Part shown: piece after piece, positions 1 to 8,317 of the stretch | Layout of the letters: every line of letters starts with the position of its first letter | How positions within the stretch are numbered: position 1 is the first letter of the stretch | IMG/VR virus record: IMGVR_UViG_3300046705_000093 | Span: 1 to 37,615 of that record | Origin: a virus | Taxonomy: Duplodnaviria > Caudoviricetes | Direction: 5' to 3' (one strand) | Length of the DNA stretch: 37,615 nt | Notes under the pieces: model-generated | Databases searched by the model: none | The model's input: only the letters and a program-made list of their open reading frames with translations | Told to the model about the DNA's origin: nothing | Translations under genes and position numbers: made by a program

Positions 1-41
1 AACCAAAGCCCGGCAGCGTGTTGAACTGCCGGGCTTTGGTT
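1..41 (-). terminator. Intrinsic terminator-like hairpin after the porin gene (possibly bidirectional)
   Basis: Perfect 16-bp inverted repeat AACCAAAGCCCGGCAG-N9-CTGCCGGGCTTTGGTT just downstream of the stop at 49. Confidence 0.75.
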
Positions 42-48
42 AGGGGGA

Positions 49-774
49 TTAGAAGCTGTTGAGCTTGATTTTCAGCGTGCCGAGAACGCGGAGTTCGCTG
101 GGGTCAACCCCAATCCGGAGACACTCGTTCTCATTGAGAATGTTGAAGTTTTCAAAATCCGTATAGGTGCCCTCAATGCCCATGAAGACGTTGTCGCTCA
201 CGGCGTGTTCGATGCCGCCGCCGAAGGTGTAGCCACTGACGGTTTCAGATCCGGCCGTGAAGCCACCGGGCAAATCTGAAACATCATGATCGAAGTCCGC
301 CTCGGTGTAAGCCAGCAGGCCATAGACCATTGTTCTCGGAGAAAGGAGAACGCCAGCGCGGCCGCCGATTGACCACTCCTCGCCCTTGCTCGCGCCGACG
401 TTGTCATCGCCATCGGCAAAGGTGAACTCGGCATCTGAGAAATCATAGCTTCCGACGATACCGAGAACGAACCTGCCAATCTGTTGATCGTATCCGAGCT
501 GGAAGCCACCCGTTACGCTGTCGCCAGAAAGTCCGTTGAAGGATTGGTATGTCTCGTAGACGTCTCCATCCTCGTGCTGCAGGTCCACATCGCCTGTAGT
601 GATGCCATAGCCGAGACGGCCGCCGAGATACACGCCGCTCCAGTTCACCGCAGTTCCCTGCGGGGCTGGATCGTTGAGGCCATCGAGAAGATCAGTGGCG
701 TTTGCAGAAGACGCTGCGAGAGCAAAAAAACTCGCGGCGAGGATCGGAACTGTGTTGATTTTAAGACGTTTCAT
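49..774 (-). CDS. Outer-membrane beta-barrel protein, Omp25/Omp31/RopB family
   Basis: Signal peptide (MKRLKINTVPILAASFFALAASSANA), NWSGVYLGGRLGYG motif, GGFQLGYDQQIGRFVLG, GYTFGGGIEHAV, C-terminal F; start moved to ATG 774. Confidence 0.85.
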   Translation of the reverse strand: MKRLKINTVPILAASFFALAASSANATDLLDGLNDPAPQGTAVNWSGVYLGGRLGYGITTGDVDLQHEDGDVYETYQSFNGLSGDSVTGGFQLGYDQQIGRFVLGIVGSYDFSDAEFTFADGDDNVGASKGEEWSIGGRAGVLLSPRTMVYGLLAYTEADFDHDVSDLPGGFTAGSETVSGYTFGGGIEHAVSDNVFMGIEGTYTDFENFNILNENECLRIGVDPSELRVLGTLKIKLNSF

Positions 775-866
775 TGCTATTGTAATCCTGTGTTGATTTA
801 GGACTCGACATGTGGCTTTAGGGCCACTCAGTACCGGCGACTGCAATCGCCGGATTCTCAGTAAAA

Positions 867-2174
867 TCATTGGGCATTGGAGAGGCTTTCCTCCAGATCG
901 AGCTGCTTTTCAGGAGCAGTCGTTTCCACTTGCGCGAATAGGGGTGTATCCTCGCCGCGAACGTGCGAGACGCGGTGCAGGATGTCTGCGAAGTACTCCT
1001 CCTCGCGCTCGATCAGGATGCAGTTCATGCCTTCGCGCATGCAGGCCATGCCGGTGCTGCCCGATCCGGCGAAGGGATCGAGCACGGTGCCGCCGGGCTG
1101 TGTGACGAGCCGGACGAGATAGGCCATGAGGTCAATCGGCTTGACTGTCGGGTGTTTGGATTTCAGGCGGTCGTCTTTGTCTGCTTTGCTGCAATAGAAG
1201 AACCGGGCTGCAGAGCCCGCGTCGCCGAATGTTTCTTCCGGCGGGGCCGCTCTCTCACCAAAACTGTGCTTTGTTTTCGTTGACGTGCGCTGATGATGTA
1301 GGGCGATGCTTCCGCTTGCCGTCTCCGGAAACAACCGGACAACTTCCTCGCTGCCGTCATGGATGAAATTGGCAGGCCATCTTCCCAGACTTTCGGCGCG
1401 CCGAACATTAGAGCGGACACGATCTGCATGGGCATCAACAGCCTCTTTATTGTGCATCCAAGGGCGCGCCCAGCCTTCATGTTTACCTTCAATGGCAACA
1501 CGTTTTTCGGCTCCGCCGCCGAGTAAATCACCCGTTTCCACCCGGCAACCATCAATATTCAACGCACCCGTTCCATGCTCCAGAACATTAGCAGCGACAG
1601 ACTTCTCAGAGATCGGATTACGCGCCACGATGATCGGCTCAAAGGCTGGTTTAAGCGCGGTTCCCCAGCCAGCCCATTCATCGGACAGGTTATGAGACTT
1701 CGGGAATCCACTTCCGTAAACCCATGCGATGCAGTCGCGGATTTCGAAGCCTGCATCCTCAATGGCGCAAGCCATGCGGTGATATGTGCGGGTGCCGCCG
1801 AATGCGAGCAGATGCCCGCCGGGCTTCAATGCGTTTAGGCAAAGCTTCCAGAGTTCGGGGTCAAAGGCGATGTCTCCGCCGTCCCAGGTCTTGCCCATGA
1901 AACCGCGAGCCGAACGGCCATAAACACCAGTTTCGCCATTGCTTTTTGCGGGCGCACTGTTAGGCTTACCGAAGCGCTTGACGATGCTGGTCAAATGGTA
2001 TGGAGGATCTGTAACGATGGAGTCGACGTTGTGCAGTGTCGGCAGGATGAACCGGCAGTCCTCATTATAGAGGGTGCACCCATCCACGACCGTCCGCGAT
2101 TTTTCCAGCCGTTCCCGCAGGGAAGAAATCGCCACGTCGTATGACTTGCTTGAATTGTCTGCAGCGTCATACAT
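867..2174 (-). CDS. DNA amino-methyltransferase (N6-adenine/N4-cytosine, beta class)
   Basis: Motif IV VTDPPY precedes motif I LDPFAGSGST; HPTVKP; GGAGG RBS before ATG 2174. Confidence 0.92.
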   Translation of the reverse strand: MYDAADNSSKSYDVAISSLRERLEKSRTVVDGCTLYNEDCRFILPTLHNVDSIVTDPPYHLTSIVKRFGKPNSAPAKSNGETGVYGRSARGFMGKTWDGGDIAFDPELWKLCLNALKPGGHLLAFGGTRTYHRMACAIEDAGFEIRDCIAWVYGSGFPKSHNLSDEWAGWGTALKPAFEPIIVARNPISEKSVAANVLEHGTGALNIDGCRVETGDLLGGGAEKRVAIEGKHEGWARPWMHNKEAVDAHADRVRSNVRRAESLGRWPANFIHDGSEEVVRLFPETASGSIALHHQRTSTKTKHSFGERAAPPEETFGDAGSAARFFYCSKADKDDRLKSKHPTVKPIDLMAYLVRLVTQPGGTVLDPFAGSGSTGMACMREGMNCILIEREEEYFADILHRVSHVRGEDTPLFAQVETTAPEKQLDLEESLSNAQ

Positions 2175-2337
2175 TGGAGACCTCCCCGCGCTTGGCGACC
2201 CGCGTTTTAGGCTTCGCGTAGCGAGCGCAGACAGGCTTACGGGACTTGACCTTGGCCTCATCGCGTTCGACTTTGACTTTTCCGTCCTTGTCGATTTGAA
2301 GGCGGTAGATGTCGCCGATGCGGGTTCCGGTGGTCAT
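2167..2337 (-). CDS. Small basic hypothetical protein (56 aa, MTTGTRIGDIYRLQIDKDGK...; not in ORF track)
   Basis: Own translation; start and stop overlap both neighbours. Confidence 0.6.
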   Translation of the reverse strand: MTTGTRIGDIYRLQIDKDGKVKVERDEAKVKSRKPVCARYAKPKTRVAKRGEVSNV

Positions 2338-2531
2338 GCGGCAAGCCTCACGCGTCTCTTGCGCGGGCCACGAAGCTCATGCAGTCCGTTATAGACAGCC
2401 GCTTCCGTCGCGTGCATGAGCGAGGCAATCTGCTTGGTGTCGTTGCCTTCGTTCCACAAACGGAGTGCTTCATCCCGCTCATTGCCGCGCAGCATGTTTT
2501 TCAGGTTGAACAATCGCCGATCGGTGGTCAT
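2334..2531 (-). CDS. Small HTH-like protein
   Basis: LRLWNEGNDTKQIASLMHATEAAVYNGL helix-turn-helix pattern; ATGA overlaps. Confidence 0.65.
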   Translation of the reverse strand: MTTDRRLFNLKNMLRGNERDEALRLWNEGNDTKQIASLMHATEAAVYNGLHELRGPRKRRVRLAA

Positions 2532-3058
2532 GCTGCTCTCCTCATCGGGCGAGTGGCGCGCGAGACAGGGCGGCCGGCGAATGCGATCCGCTCATGAAAT
2601 CTGCAGTAGGGTGAGCCGCGGTCTTTCTCGTGAGCGCAGAAAAGGAAATCACCGCCACGTTCGGGGGAGTTGCACGGCCACCGGCACATCTGATCGGTGA
2701 GATCCAGCAGCGGGATCATCAGCGGAACCGGGGCACCTTCTGGCGTCTGCTTCGGTTCCTGTTTCGGAGCGGCTTCCATTTCCGCGCGGAGCCTTCTTAA
2801 TTCTGCGACGTTGATGGTTGTGTGGTCACGATGGTCTCGCGGTGGTTTCAACGGCAAGCTGGACGGCGTATTGGCGCGTTTACGGCCACCCTTGACGCCT
2901 CTACCCGGCAAGCCAAGACGGATACGTTTTCCTATGACGGCATTTCTCGACATGCCGATCTTGGCTCCGATCATGGAAGCTGATAGCCCCTCGGCCCACA
3001 TCTCGGTCAGCACCTTCACCCGTTCCTCGGTCCAGTCTTCTGCGGCCATCGCCTTCAT
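2528..3058 (-). CDS. gcrA: GcrA-family cell-cycle regulator homolog
   Basis: N-terminal DWTEERVKVLTEMWAEGLSASMIG..SRNAVIGK..RLGL and C-terminal LLDLTDQMCRWP..FLFC..PYCRFH, both GcrA signatures; start 3058 or 3049. Confidence 0.92.
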   Translation of the reverse strand: MKAMAAEDWTEERVKVLTEMWAEGLSASMIGAKIGMSRNAVIGKRIRLGLPGRGVKGGRKRANTPSSLPLKPPRDHRDHTTINVAELRRLRAEMEAAPKQEPKQTPEGAPVPLMIPLLDLTDQMCRWPCNSPERGGDFLFCAHEKDRGSPYCRFHERIAFAGRPVSRATRPMRRAA

Positions 3059-3402
3059 TCCGTTTTCAGATCGGCCAGCCGATAGCAGAGGGCATCGGCA
3101 CCGGCTGGCCGGGGAGAAAAAGATGATCGCAACCCAGGGGGACTGAGAAACGAACACCGTACTATCGGCGACGCGATACGAGCCGCACGCAACAAACGCG
3201 ACGCATACGAAACTCGCGAGGGATTGCCCGATTTGACTGCTTTAAAAATGCCTGCATAGCAGGACGACCGCCCCCAGCCTTTGACTCACGCATCGGGAAT
3301 TAAGACGCCCTCAAATACTGTCGCCCGTGAAAGGAAGGGCGGTCGCTTACTCGGGTTTCGATCCACGCCTCACGTACAAGGAGGCGACGTTTAACTCGGG
3401 GA

Positions 3403-3648
3403 CTAGGCGGCGGCACCTTCATGCTCGCGAATGGAGCCTTCTGCGCCACGCGCCCGCAAATTGGCGTTGTAGATCTGATCAACTGACACCCCCGCCAACG
3501 ACATGATCAGATCCCAATACTCATCGGGTATGCCGTTCTTATTCCACTTGTAGACGGCCCAGTGCGTGCGCCCGACTTGCTTGGAGAGCTCCACTGGTCC
3601 GCCGCAACGCTGGACAATCTGCTGACATGTGAGAATATGATTTGACAT
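3403..3648 (-). CDS. cro: Cro-like repressor
   Basis: 81 aa HTH (CGGPVELSKQVGRTHWAVYKWNKNGIP) divergent from the CI-like gene. Confidence 0.8.
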   Translation of the reverse strand: MSNHILTCQQIVQRCGGPVELSKQVGRTHWAVYKWNKNGIPDEYWDLIMSLAGVSVDQIYNANLRARGAEGSIREHEGAAA

Positions 3649-3656
3649 TAGATGGC

Positions 3657-3686
3657 ATTATATTGGACTATAATTCCAAAGATCAA
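3657..3686 (-). promoter_or_regulatory. Cro promoter (TTGATC-N18-TATAAT) with operator TTGGACTATAATTCCAA (3663-3679) in its spacer; probably leaderless mRNA
   Basis: -10 ends 8 nt before the cro ATG with no SD; operator matches two others at 4429 and 4469. Confidence 0.7.
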
Positions 3687-3734
3687 GCTTTTTTTTCCAG
3701 CGTCCTGTCATCGAACTCCACTAATGTGGAAATC

Positions 3735-4394
3735 ATGAAATGGCATGAACGCATGGTAAAATTGATGGAAGAGAAGGGATGGTCCCAGACCGTGCTCGCT
3801 GAGCGCTCGGGCGTCCCCTATCATTTGATAACAAAATACGCGCGTGGCGCTGTAGAACAGCCGCGCGGAGGCAATTTAGGTAGAATTGCCGAAGCACTCG
3901 GCGTATCAGAACAATTTTTACTTTTTGGGGTTGCTAGCGGACAGAAAGTATCCAATTATGTCCAATTGCCCAATAAAGAAGAAACATTGCGCGTCCCAAA
4001 AGTCACACTTGTAGATCTAGTAAAGTTTAAGTCGGGGCATGATATCTTAAATATCTGGTCTGGGGAAATGAGCACAGCTATCGATACCGCGCATAGCGCT
4101 TCGAGCTTCACTGTCGATGTGGATGACAACAGCATGTTGCCGAACTTTTCTATTGGCGATACACTGATCTGTGATCCTGACGCACCCATAGAGCCAGGGG
4201 ATTTCGTGCTAGCTGTGACGAACGGGCATCACAAGGCGGTATTTCGAAAGTACCGCGTCGCCAAGGTTATCGCCAACGGCGTGCCCAAGGTCGAGCTACA
4301 TCCCCTCAACGCAGATTATCCTATCGACTTGATCGATGCTGACCACCCCGGTCAGATCATCTGCCGCTGCATGAGCGTGATCACGAAGCTGTAG
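3735..4394 (+). CDS. cI: CI-like repressor (XRE HTH + S24-like domain)
   Basis: N-terminal HTH (KGWSQTVLAERSGV..ITKYARG), C-terminal VDDNSMLP..GDTLICDP..LHPLNADYP. Confidence 0.9.
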   Translation: MKWHERMVKLMEEKGWSQTVLAERSGVPYHLITKYARGAVEQPRGGNLGRIAEALGVSEQFLLFGVASGQKVSNYVQLPNKEETLRVPKVTLVDLVKFKSGHDILNIWSGEMSTAIDTAHSASSFTVDVDDNSMLPNFSIGDTLICDPDAPIEPGDFVLAVTNGHHKAVFRKYRVAKVIANGVPKVELHPLNADYPIDLIDADHPGQIICRCMSVITKL

Positions 4395-4428
4395 CGAAAA
4401 TATCACCTAAACATCCGATGTAAATAAA

Positions 4429-4485
4429 TTGGATTAAAATTCCAATTTCCACTTGACGCGCCCTGTGAATGGAATTAAATTCCAA
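4429..4485 (+). promoter_or_regulatory. Rightward early promoter (TTGACG 4453-4458, N17, TAAATT 4476-4481) with two 17-bp operators
   Basis: TTGGATTAAAATTCCAA (4429-4445) and ATGGAATTAAATTCCAA (4469-4485). Confidence 0.75.
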
Positions 4486-4583
4486 TTCATCGGCAGGCTT
4501 CCCCCCGGTCGCCTGCCGCCTCTTCAACCCAGGCCCTGCCCATAAAGCTCGGTCTGGGCCTTCAGGGCAAAAGGGTCAAGGGC

Positions 4584-4808
4584 ATGAGCCAGGAACCGGC
4601 AAAAGGACAAATCTGGAAAGAAGTCGATCCGCGCGATGAACGCTACGTTCGAATTGAGCGGGTCACACTTGCTGGGTTTCCGGTGATCCGAAAAGTCATC
4701 CGGCAGAACGGTTCATGGATACACGCCCCGCGCAGCTTCGAACGCTTTGCGAAGCCCGAGCGCTTCAACGGCAAGCGGGGCGGCTACGAGTTTCACGCAT
4801 CGGAATAA
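4584..4808 (+). CDS. Hypothetical phage protein
   Basis: First ORF after the promoter, purine-rich RBS. Confidence 0.7.
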   Translation: MSQEPAKGQIWKEVDPRDERYVRIERVTLAGFPVIRKVIRQNGSWIHAPRSFERFAKPERFNGKRGGYEFHASE

Positions 4809-4827
4809 GGGATAAAGGGTCAAGGGA

Positions 4828-5028
4828 ATGGGCACACGCCGCGAAAGCATAGACCACCAAGTTGAACGCGAGGAAGAGCGCTTAGAGCGCCGCCTGGAAC
4901 GCGGGTCTATCTCCAACGAAGAATATCAGCAGGAACTTCGTGAGCTTCACCGCGAAGCCAGAGCCGAGGCGCGCGAATCGTACTTGGACGATATCCAAGA
5001 CGTTCACAGGGACTGGTTTTATCGGTGA
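4828..5028 (+). CDS. Hypothetical charged helical protein
   Basis: RBS repeat shared with the upstream gene. Confidence 0.7.
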   Translation: MGTRRESIDHQVEREEERLERRLERGSISNEEYQQELRELHREARAEARESYLDDIQDVHRDWFYR

Positions 5029-5132
5029 ACACCCGAACACGGCTTCTCCTCCCGAGACCGTGAAACTGCAAGCCCCAGCCACCGTGTAGCCAAACTAACT
5101 AAGGCTGGGACTTTTTTAAACAGAGGACTGAA

Positions 5133-5687
5133 ATGGAACTCGATAAAAAGCGCATTGAAGACGCCATCATTGCCGATGTGGCCGACAAAATCATCGGCGA
5201 AGATGATCTTTACTCTCGCGTCAAGAAGGCGGTCGAGCAACGCATCGACGCCCTGTTCAAGGATAAAGCCGATGCGCAGATCGCAGCGGCGATCGAGGAC
5301 GCGATCCGCAACGGTTTCGACCGCGAATATTGCCGCATCTCGTCATGGGGTGAACGGCAAGGCGAGCCGACGACAATCCGCAAGGAACTGGAAAAGCTGA
5401 TCAGCGGCTACTGGAATGAGAAGGTAGACCGCCACGGTAAGCCAACTTCGTATTCAAGCACCAACGACATTACCCGCGCCGAATGGCTGATGACGCAACT
5501 GGTCGCAAACGATTTCAAAGACGACATGAAGCAGCATGTTGTCAACATCACGGCTGGCCTTAAGGACGGCCTGCGCAAGGAACTCCACAAAACCGTCAAC
5601 CAACTTCTGAGCGGAACTTTCCATGTCAAGAGCCTCGACGATCAGAAGCTCGACGGCATGTACAACCCGCATCCTGAAGCGAAATGA
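5133..5687 (+). CDS. Hypothetical phage protein
   Basis: GAGGA RBS, 184 aa. Confidence 0.8.
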   Translation: MELDKKRIEDAIIADVADKIIGEDDLYSRVKKAVEQRIDALFKDKADAQIAAAIEDAIRNGFDREYCRISSWGERQGEPTTIRKELEKLISGYWNEKVDRHGKPTSYSSTNDITRAEWLMTQLVANDFKDDMKQHVVNITAGLKDGLRKELHKTVNQLLSGTFHVKSLDDQKLDGMYNPHPEAK

Positions 5688-5712
5688 TAACTGATTTACC
5701 GGAGCACTCCCA

Positions 5713-6213
5713 ATGAACATTTCTGCACCGAGAGAAGATGTCTCCTCCCACGTTGATGCCTCTCGGGCAGAAGCGGGCCAGCCAGCCTCTCAGGACAAAA
5801 GAAAGCGGCTGGCCCGCAACCTTCGCATTGCCCGCACTTGGGGCTTTGCTTCGATGGTGGTTTGCGTGGTGGCGCTGCCGATCAATCTCAACAGCCTCGG
5901 CGCTGTCGTGTTCGGCTTGTTCATCGTGCTCAGCATCGCGCTTCTGGGCAGCGTGGCGGAAGATTACCGCAAGACGCTGGATAGCGCCGCCGGCCTGATC
6001 GACACCCAGCAGAAAACAATATCGCAGCTCGAAACTCAGAACACCGATCTTCTTATTGAAAAGTTTCGCCTTCTCCGCCTGCGGGGAAACACTGACCAAG
6101 CGGCTAACAAAGAGTCAGGCGGTGTTGAGAAGGTAGCGGCGGCGGGCTTGACCTCCGAACGGCATGAGTCCGCCGCCGTTTTCGAATTTCCTGATCCGAA
6201 AGGAGTGGCGTGA
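5713..6213 (+). CDS. Membrane protein (2 TM + coiled coil)
   Basis: Two hydrophobic segments followed by a heptad region; GGAG RBS. Confidence 0.7.
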   Translation: MNISAPREDVSSHVDASRAEAGQPASQDKRKRLARNLRIARTWGFASMVVCVVALPINLNSLGAVVFGLFIVLSIALLGSVAEDYRKTLDSAAGLIDTQQKTISQLETQNTDLLIEKFRLLRLRGNTDQAANKESGGVEKVAAAGLTSERHESAAVFEFPDPKGVA

Positions 6214-6542
6214 TGCGGTTCATCAGAACACTGCGCATAGCCTTCACCCTCGTCATGGCTCGTACATTTGGCCGCTACATCCATAGCGGATGGAACGGTG
6301 ACTTCGAATACGCCCGGTATGGATGGCGCGGTCAAGAGTGGTGCATTCCGATGGCTCCCTATGACGAAAACTGGGAAGCCCACGCCGCCGCCGTAAACGC
6401 GCGCGACCAACTCATGAACGCCGCGCAAGCCGCGAGCCATGCCCTGAAAAGCTACGAGTACGGTAATTCGTCACCGGAGCTAGCACAAGAGGTGATCGTG
6501 GCGCTTGAAGCAGCACTGGCCAAAGCACGAGGCGAGCAATGA
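6210..6542 (+). CDS. Hypothetical phage protein
   Basis: Coupled ORF ending AALAKARGE, a common phage C-terminal motif. Confidence 0.7.
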   Translation: MMRFIRTLRIAFTLVMARTFGRYIHSGWNGDFEYARYGWRGQEWCIPMAPYDENWEAHAAAVNARDQLMNAAQAASHALKSYEYGNSSPELAQEVIVALEAALAKARGEQ

Positions 6543-6727
6543 GCGACCAGAAAATGTTCAGAGCCCTACGTGAAGCGTTGCTCGAACGCGAAACGTCATT
6601 GGCCAAGAAGATCATCGTTCGGAAGCTGGATGAACTGTACGCAGACGGATTTCAGGGCACCGCCATCGTATCTGCGCTCAAGGAAATTCTCAACAGCGGA
6701 ATTCAGATGTTTGAGGAGGACGTGTGA
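6539..6727 (+). CDS. Hypothetical protein
   Basis: ATGA coupling. Confidence 0.65.
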   Translation: MSDQKMFRALREALLERETSLAKKIIVRKLDELYADGFQGTAIVSALKEILNSGIQMFEEDV

Positions 6728-6897
6728 TGCCGTTCCACCGTCAACTCAAATCCCTATCCGACTCCGACTTGCTCCGTCATCTCGAACTCGAACGCAAGCG
6801 GAGCGAGGCAAGACACTGGTGCTACAGCCTGCCACGGCATCAGGCGATTTTGGATGAGGTGAAACGGCGCAAGGATCTCGAAAGGGCAGCCGCATGA
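6727..6897 (+). CDS. Hypothetical protein (56 aa, MPFHRQLKSLSDSDLLRHLE...; not in ORF track)
   Basis: Own translation; TGATG and ATGA coupling on both sides, GAGGAGG RBS. Confidence 0.6.
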   Translation: MPFHRQLKSLSDSDLLRHLELERKRSEARHWCYSLPRHQAILDEVKRRKDLERAAA

Positions 6898-7340
6898 CTT
6901 ACACAGCAGAAGAGGAAGAATTCGCCGAATCCCATCCAAGTCTTGGAGCAGAGTACAAGGCAGCAGACGCCGCCGCAAGGCGATTTCTGGCTCATTGGGA
7001 AGAAGAGCACGCGGAAAAGCTGATGGCAGCCATCATGAACCCGGTGCTCAATACCGTACGGGATCAGGTGTGGTCAGCCTTTCAGGATTGGTTGCTTTGC
7101 GATGCCGAATACAATGCAGCGAATGAAATGCGGCGCATGGTCGAGAATAGCGTGAATGCCCTCATTGGAGGGCGAGAATGGGCGAGCGTGAAATACATTC
7201 GCCCCGGCGCTTACCGATCCGAAGAAGTGCGCGCAACTCTGGCAAAGCTGTATTCCGACGAGATCAAGGACGCGCGGATTGCCGATCTTGAGGCTGAGAT
7301 CGAACGCCTCAAGGAAAGCCTTCGCTTTGCACGCAGTTAA
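6894..7340 (+). CDS. Hypothetical phage protein
   Basis: Coupled ORF, C-terminal coiled coil. Confidence 0.75.
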   Translation: MTYTAEEEEFAESHPSLGAEYKAADAAARRFLAHWEEEHAEKLMAAIMNPVLNTVRDQVWSAFQDWLLCDAEYNAANEMRRMVENSVNALIGGREWASVKYIRPGAYRSEEVRATLAKLYSDEIKDARIADLEAEIERLKESLRFARS

Positions 7341-7353
7341 TGAAGGACGCATC

Positions 7354-7560
7354 ATGAACCGCTACGCCTGCAAAACCACTATGCGCGGCTACGCCCTCGC
7401 ATGCGCTGACCTGATCAACAATCTCGATCAGCCGGAGATAGCGCTGAAGCTTCTCCGGGAAGCCGAAATCACCGCGCGCGATCTCCATAAGATGGATCTG
7501 GACGCATACGATTACCAGGCATTGATCGATGTATTGCGCGGGACGGAGTTGGCAGCATGA
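7354..7560 (+). CDS. Hypothetical protein
   Basis: AAGGA RBS before ATG 7354. Confidence 0.65.
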   Translation: MNRYACKTTMRGYALACADLINNLDQPEIALKLLREAEITARDLHKMDLDAYDYQALIDVLRGTELAA

Positions 7561-7988
7561 AACACATAAGCATCGAAGAGCTTGAAGTAGCGCTAAACAC
7601 GCGGGATCTCTTCATTAATCCGGACCTGCTCGAATATGCAGCCGATGAGATTGACTGCGGCTGCGAGTGCGACACCTACTGGCGTGAGTTCGACACGAAT
7701 GCTTCTGGGTGCAAGGCCTCCGAGAAGGGAGAATACTGCCAGAATGATCTGGCGGAAACCCTCCGTGAACTGGCAAAGCTCGCACGTAAAAGTCCTGATA
7801 TAGCGCCATTCATCGTCACTTTCGATGGCGGTAAAACCATAACCCAGACTCTCACAGATGTCTACAAATGGCGCGACTGGAGTCCGCGAGAGAGCCAGCT
7901 TATCCGCGAAGTTTACGATGGCAAAGTTCGTAGGTTCAGCACTTCCAAGAATGGCGTGTACTGCGACATTGAGCGGAGGGAAGCATGA
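7557..7988 (+). CDS. Hypothetical Cys-containing protein
   Basis: Coupled ORF with GGAG RBS. Confidence 0.7.
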   Translation: MKHISIEELEVALNTRDLFINPDLLEYAADEIDCGCECDTYWREFDTNASGCKASEKGEYCQNDLAETLRELAKLARKSPDIAPFIVTFDGGKTITQTLTDVYKWRDWSPRESQLIREVYDGKVRRFSTSKNGVYCDIERREA

Positions 7989-8317
7989 ACCTCTACACCC
8001 TCCACCGTGAAGGCTTGATAAGCCGGGAAGAACGGGATGCGCGGCTTGCCGGAGAGCCCATGCCAAAATCCGAATGGACGGACCCGAACGCAATCACATG
8101 GCGCGGGCTGCGATTGGCGCAGCGCACGCGCATTGCCGCCGCAATGAAGCATCTACTTTCAACAGGCACGCTCAACAGAGCAGACATCCAGCGTATCGGG
8201 GAAGTCAGCGTACCGCAAGCATCGATAGACATCAGCGTGATCCAGAAGCGGACGAGCGCGCTGGCTTATGACCGCCATAGCAAAACTTACCGGATAGCTG
8301 AAGGGATCGTCGAATGA
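7985..8317 (+). CDS. Stand-alone winged-HTH protein resembling the N-terminal domain of CapW/BrxR-type WYL regulators
   Basis: GTLNRADIQRIGEVSVPQASIDI..LAYDRHSKTY matches the recalled G.INR.D...FG.S.PQAS.D....L.YD...K.Y pattern; no WYL domain follows. Confidence 0.7.
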   Translation: MNLYTLHREGLISREERDARLAGEPMPKSEWTDPNAITWRGLRLAQRTRIAAAMKHLLSTGTLNRADIQRIGEVSVPQASIDISVIQKRTSALAYDRHSKTYRIAEGIVE

